NCBI GenBank assembly: GCA_045578445.1
Contig: JAZNKG010000007.1
Location: 9,838 to 73,837, forward strand
Direction: 5' to 3'
Length of the DNA stretch: 64,000 bases
From: Alphaproteobacteria bacterium
Lineage (GTDB): Bacteria > Pseudomonadota > Alphaproteobacteria > RF32 > CAG-239
Both the position numbers and the translations under genes were made by a program. Below are positions 60,858 through 64,000 of this stretch, piece by piece; position 1 is the stretch's first letter, and the number at the start of each line of letters is the position of its first letter. The notes under the pieces were generated by a model, which was not told the DNA's origin, ran no database searches, and saw nothing but the letters and a program-made list of their open reading frames with translations.

Positions 60858-61649
60858 TTATTTATTGAATATTTCAGCCATATATTCCATTGATTGGCGC
60901 AAAACCGAAATATTTGTAGGTTTTGCTATTTCTAAAGATACATATTTATTGTAACCATTAGACTTTAGATAACTATATAACTCACTATAAAATTCTCTTT
61001 TTTGTAGTGGCTGTAATCCTGGTTCACTTATATGGACATGGCTAATTAAATTTATATTATTATCTAAAACTTTTATGCTCTCATTATTATAAAGCATTGT
61101 TCCTGTATCTAGATTTAGCATTAATCCTTTAGAATCTACTGTAGTTATTAAATCTATAGCACTTTTTGTATCTGTTATATAGTTTGTATTATAACTTTTT
61201 GAAATTGCTTCTAAGCCTATTGTGGTATTTTTAGAATATGCATAATCTGCAATTTGCCTGAAGAAAAACAAGCCTAAATTATAATCTTCATCTCGCAAAA
61301 GATTTCTATTTTTTGCACATCCAAAAACTATATTTTTAGCATCTATTGATGAGGCAAAATCTATGGCTTTTGCTGTATAATTTAATAAAAACCAAAATTC
61401 TTCGTTGCTTGCAAATATTTGCTCTGGTCTTTGGTAATATATTGATTGTATAGAAGATATATCAAAACCGTATTTTAGTTTTAACTCATTTCTCCATATT
61501 GATGCTTGAGTATTTTTTTCATACGGAGTTTCAGAAAAAATTCTTGTTGGAGCTACTTCAAGACCAGTATACCCTAACTCAGACATCCATTTATAAACTT
61601 TGTCGTCGTCCTCTTTTAACCACGCTATATTTGATATTGATAATTTCAT
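60858..61649 (-). CDS. xylose-isomerase-like TIM-barrel protein (sugar phosphate isomerase/epimerase family)
   Basis: MKLSISNIAW...GYTGLEVAP, later LEA / HISE metal-ligand-like positions, ~260 aa. Confidence 0.72.
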   Translation of the reverse strand: MKLSISNIAWLKEDDDKVYKWMSELGYTGLEVAPTRIFSETPYEKNTQASIWRNELKLKYGFDISSIQSIYYQRPEQIFASNEEFWFLLNYTAKAIDFASSIDAKNIVFGCAKNRNLLRDEDYNLGLFFFRQIADYAYSKNTTIGLEAISKSYNTNYITDTKSAIDLITTVDSKGLMLNLDTGTMLYNNESIKVLDNNINLISHVHISEPGLQPLQKREFYSELYSYLKSNGYNKYVSLEIAKPTNISVLRQSMEYMAEIFNK

Positions 61650-61745
61650 TGTCCCCTCTTCTGTCTACTATGTTATACTATAAAATTAATAAGTTAATAT
61701 ATTGCAAATATGCATTTTGATAATTACTTATTTTCTATTGGAGGA

Positions 61746-62243
61746 ATGATGATTATTGTTAATGATAAAATGCAAAAAGAATATAAATATTATTTAACTG
61801 AACCAATGGGAAAAAATTTTGCTTCAAATTTTAATCCAGAATTAACACCTAAACAGATGTTAGAGATGGGGGTATTTGAAGGTCATTATCTAAATGACTG
61901 TACAACTGAATTTCCTGATGATTGGTTTATTGACGCTAAAATTTGTTTAGAAAAACCAGATATTAATTGCAATTTATTTAGAATAAAGTCTCGTCAAAGT
62001 CTTAAAATATGGCAAAACAACGGATGGATTTTTGGACCAGATGTTCGTGGATGGTTTCAATGGTATTGTCGGTATTATATAGGAAGACGTATTCCTAATA
62101 TTGATGAAATTCAAATAAAACGATGGAGAGCTTTTAGACGACATAAAGCTCAAATTGAACATAATTGTAAAATGCTTGATATTGAATGTCGAATTAAACA
62201 AAGGCAGGCTCTTCTGCAATGGGCTTACAATCCTATCTTTTAA
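61746..62243 (+). CDS. conserved hypothetical protein (GWFQWYCRYYIGRR motif)
   Basis: ORF with a Trp/Arg-rich conserved-looking core. The start is uncertain (61746, 61749 or 61770). Confidence 0.55.
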   Translation: MMIIVNDKMQKEYKYYLTEPMGKNFASNFNPELTPKQMLEMGVFEGHYLNDCTTEFPDDWFIDAKICLEKPDINCNLFRIKSRQSLKIWQNNGWIFGPDVRGWFQWYCRYYIGRRIPNIDEIQIKRWRAFRRHKAQIEHNCKMLDIECRIKQRQALLQWAYNPIF

Positions 62244-62341
62244 TTTTAGACAAAAATTTTGTTGCATTTTTTTTATTTGGGTATATAATGCAGTCAGTTT
62301 GAGTATATATCTGTTTATTAAAATAATTATTATGATCGTTA

Positions 62342-62841
62342 TGAAGAAATGCTACGTAGATAAAAATCTACACATTATCACTGATGACGAACAGCTAGAC
62401 GATGCTGTTGGAATTGTTTCTATTTTAGAGGATAAAACTACTGTTGAAATTGTTTTTCTTAATCCTATTGCTAACGACAAAAACTTAGATGAAGCTACTG
62501 CTTCTATCAAAGAATGGATGGCAAAAAATGGATATAAGGAAGCATATTTTCCAAGTATCGCGTCTTGCGTTGTTGCAAATGCTCTTCGTACACACAATCC
62601 CGAGCTTTGCTCTTGTCATCTCGGCATGATTAATCTGCAATCTCCTAGAAGTAGAGATTTCTATGCTAGATTAAATTCTGAAGGCAGGGTAGCTTGTGCA
62701 GACACATCAAAAAAACTCAAGAATGTTTATGTTGCAATTCGTCTTTCTTTGGATGAATTTAAGCAAATGAACTCTTCATCTGAGTTTCCTGATGACTACT
62801 TTGTAGAGGTTGGAAGTGTGTTCGGTGGAGTTTTTGCTTAG
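62342..62841 (+). CDS. hypothetical protein
   Basis: The ~166-aa core of track ORF 62155-62841. The upstream part of the track ORF overlaps the preceding gene and looks non-coding. A terminator lies downstream. Confidence 0.5.
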
Positions 62842-62855
62842 TTACTTGAAAATTA

Positions 62856-62884
62856 AGGTGCCCTATCGGACACCTTTTTTTATT
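62856..62884. terminator. bidirectional terminator
   Basis: AAGGTGCC-ctat-CGGACACCTT followed by T7, abutting the atpC stop. Confidence 0.65.
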
Positions 62885-63233
62885 TATATTTCTCAACAAG
62901 CCACTTGTAAAATGGATTAGGAAAGTCTTTGTACATTTCTTCAACTTTTTCTTTGGATAAATCTTTTTTATCAAAAATAGATTCTGTTAAAACAATGCAC
63001 TCATCATTTTTAACATCAGCAACTCCGCTTGCAAAATAAAATTCTTGAACAATTTCATCTCTTTCATCAAGTATTTTTATTTCACCTATATCTAAAGTTA
63101 TTAAAGAAGGAGCTCGACCTTTTCCTATGGTTATGGTTTTACCTTTATCATATGGTAAAACTACACGATATACTTTTTTATCGAGAGCAATTCTTTCTGG
63201 CATATATATCTTTAATGATAAATCTAAAGACAT
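62880..63233 (-). CDS. atpC: F0F1 ATP synthase subunit epsilon
   Basis: Immediately downstream of atpD. The beta-sandwich N-terminal pattern (...V.LP...G...I...H.P....L..G...I) fits loosely. 117 aa. Confidence 0.85.
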   Translation of the reverse strand: MSLDLSLKIYMPERIALDKKVYRVVLPYDKGKTITIGKGRAPSLITLDIGEIKILDERDEIVQEFYFASGVADVKNDECIVLTESIFDKKDLSKEKVEEMYKDFPNPFYKWLVEKYK

Positions 63234-63235
63234 TT

Positions 63236-64000
<765 letters not shown>

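Noticed and set aside
62155-62341. 5' extension of track ORF 62155-62841.
   Set aside because: The extension overlaps the end of the preceding gene (to 62243) and then reads through AT-rich intergenic sequence, giving a hydrophobic junk-like translation. An internal ATG at 62342 or 62351 is a more plausible start.

Overview
Strongly AT-rich, densely coding bacterial chromosome segment. It has diderm (Gram-negative) hallmarks: an RND efflux pair, a chaperone/usher-type pilus cluster, PpiD and SecG. The organism is probably host-associated, but that is inference only.

Housekeeping backbone: gpsA, a stand-alone trpB, an MscK-like channel, an acrAB-like efflux pair, a fucO-like alcohol dehydrogenase and a complete Preiss-Handler NAD salvage operon (nadM-type adenylyltransferase, pncA, pncB, nadE). 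It continues with a CorC/TlyC-family protein, pyrG-secG-tpiA, ppiD-fmt, tRNA-Leu(UAG), tig, nfo, tRNA-Pro(CGG), atpC and a partial atpD.

Accessory content:
(i) A ~14 kb locus (12.7-27.0 kb) is dominated by two giant paralogous ORFs (~1886 and 1657 aa). Each joins an N-terminal M48-like HExxH metalloprotease module to a C-terminal UbiB/ABC1-type (KxGQ) kinase-like module and ends in a conserved Lys/Arg-rich tail. This is my best candidate for an undescribed effector family or system.
(ii) A 4-gene glycan biosynthesis operon.
(iii) A DUF4402/SCPU-like pilus cluster with a chaperone, an atypically long usher-like protein and an A16 tract in its divergent promoter region.
(iv) Small genes that look stress- or metal-related: an 11-mer-repeat protein, a poly-His protein and a YgiW-like protein.

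Regulatory signals:
- A 23-codon leader ORF ending W-F-W-W-C lies directly upstream of trpB.
- Two hairpins with covarying stems share an identical 11-nt loop (GAAGGGCTTAT) and flank the first gene of the NAD operon.

No transposase, integrase, CRISPR array or rRNA gene was seen. All functional calls rest on motif recognition by eye; no searches were run.
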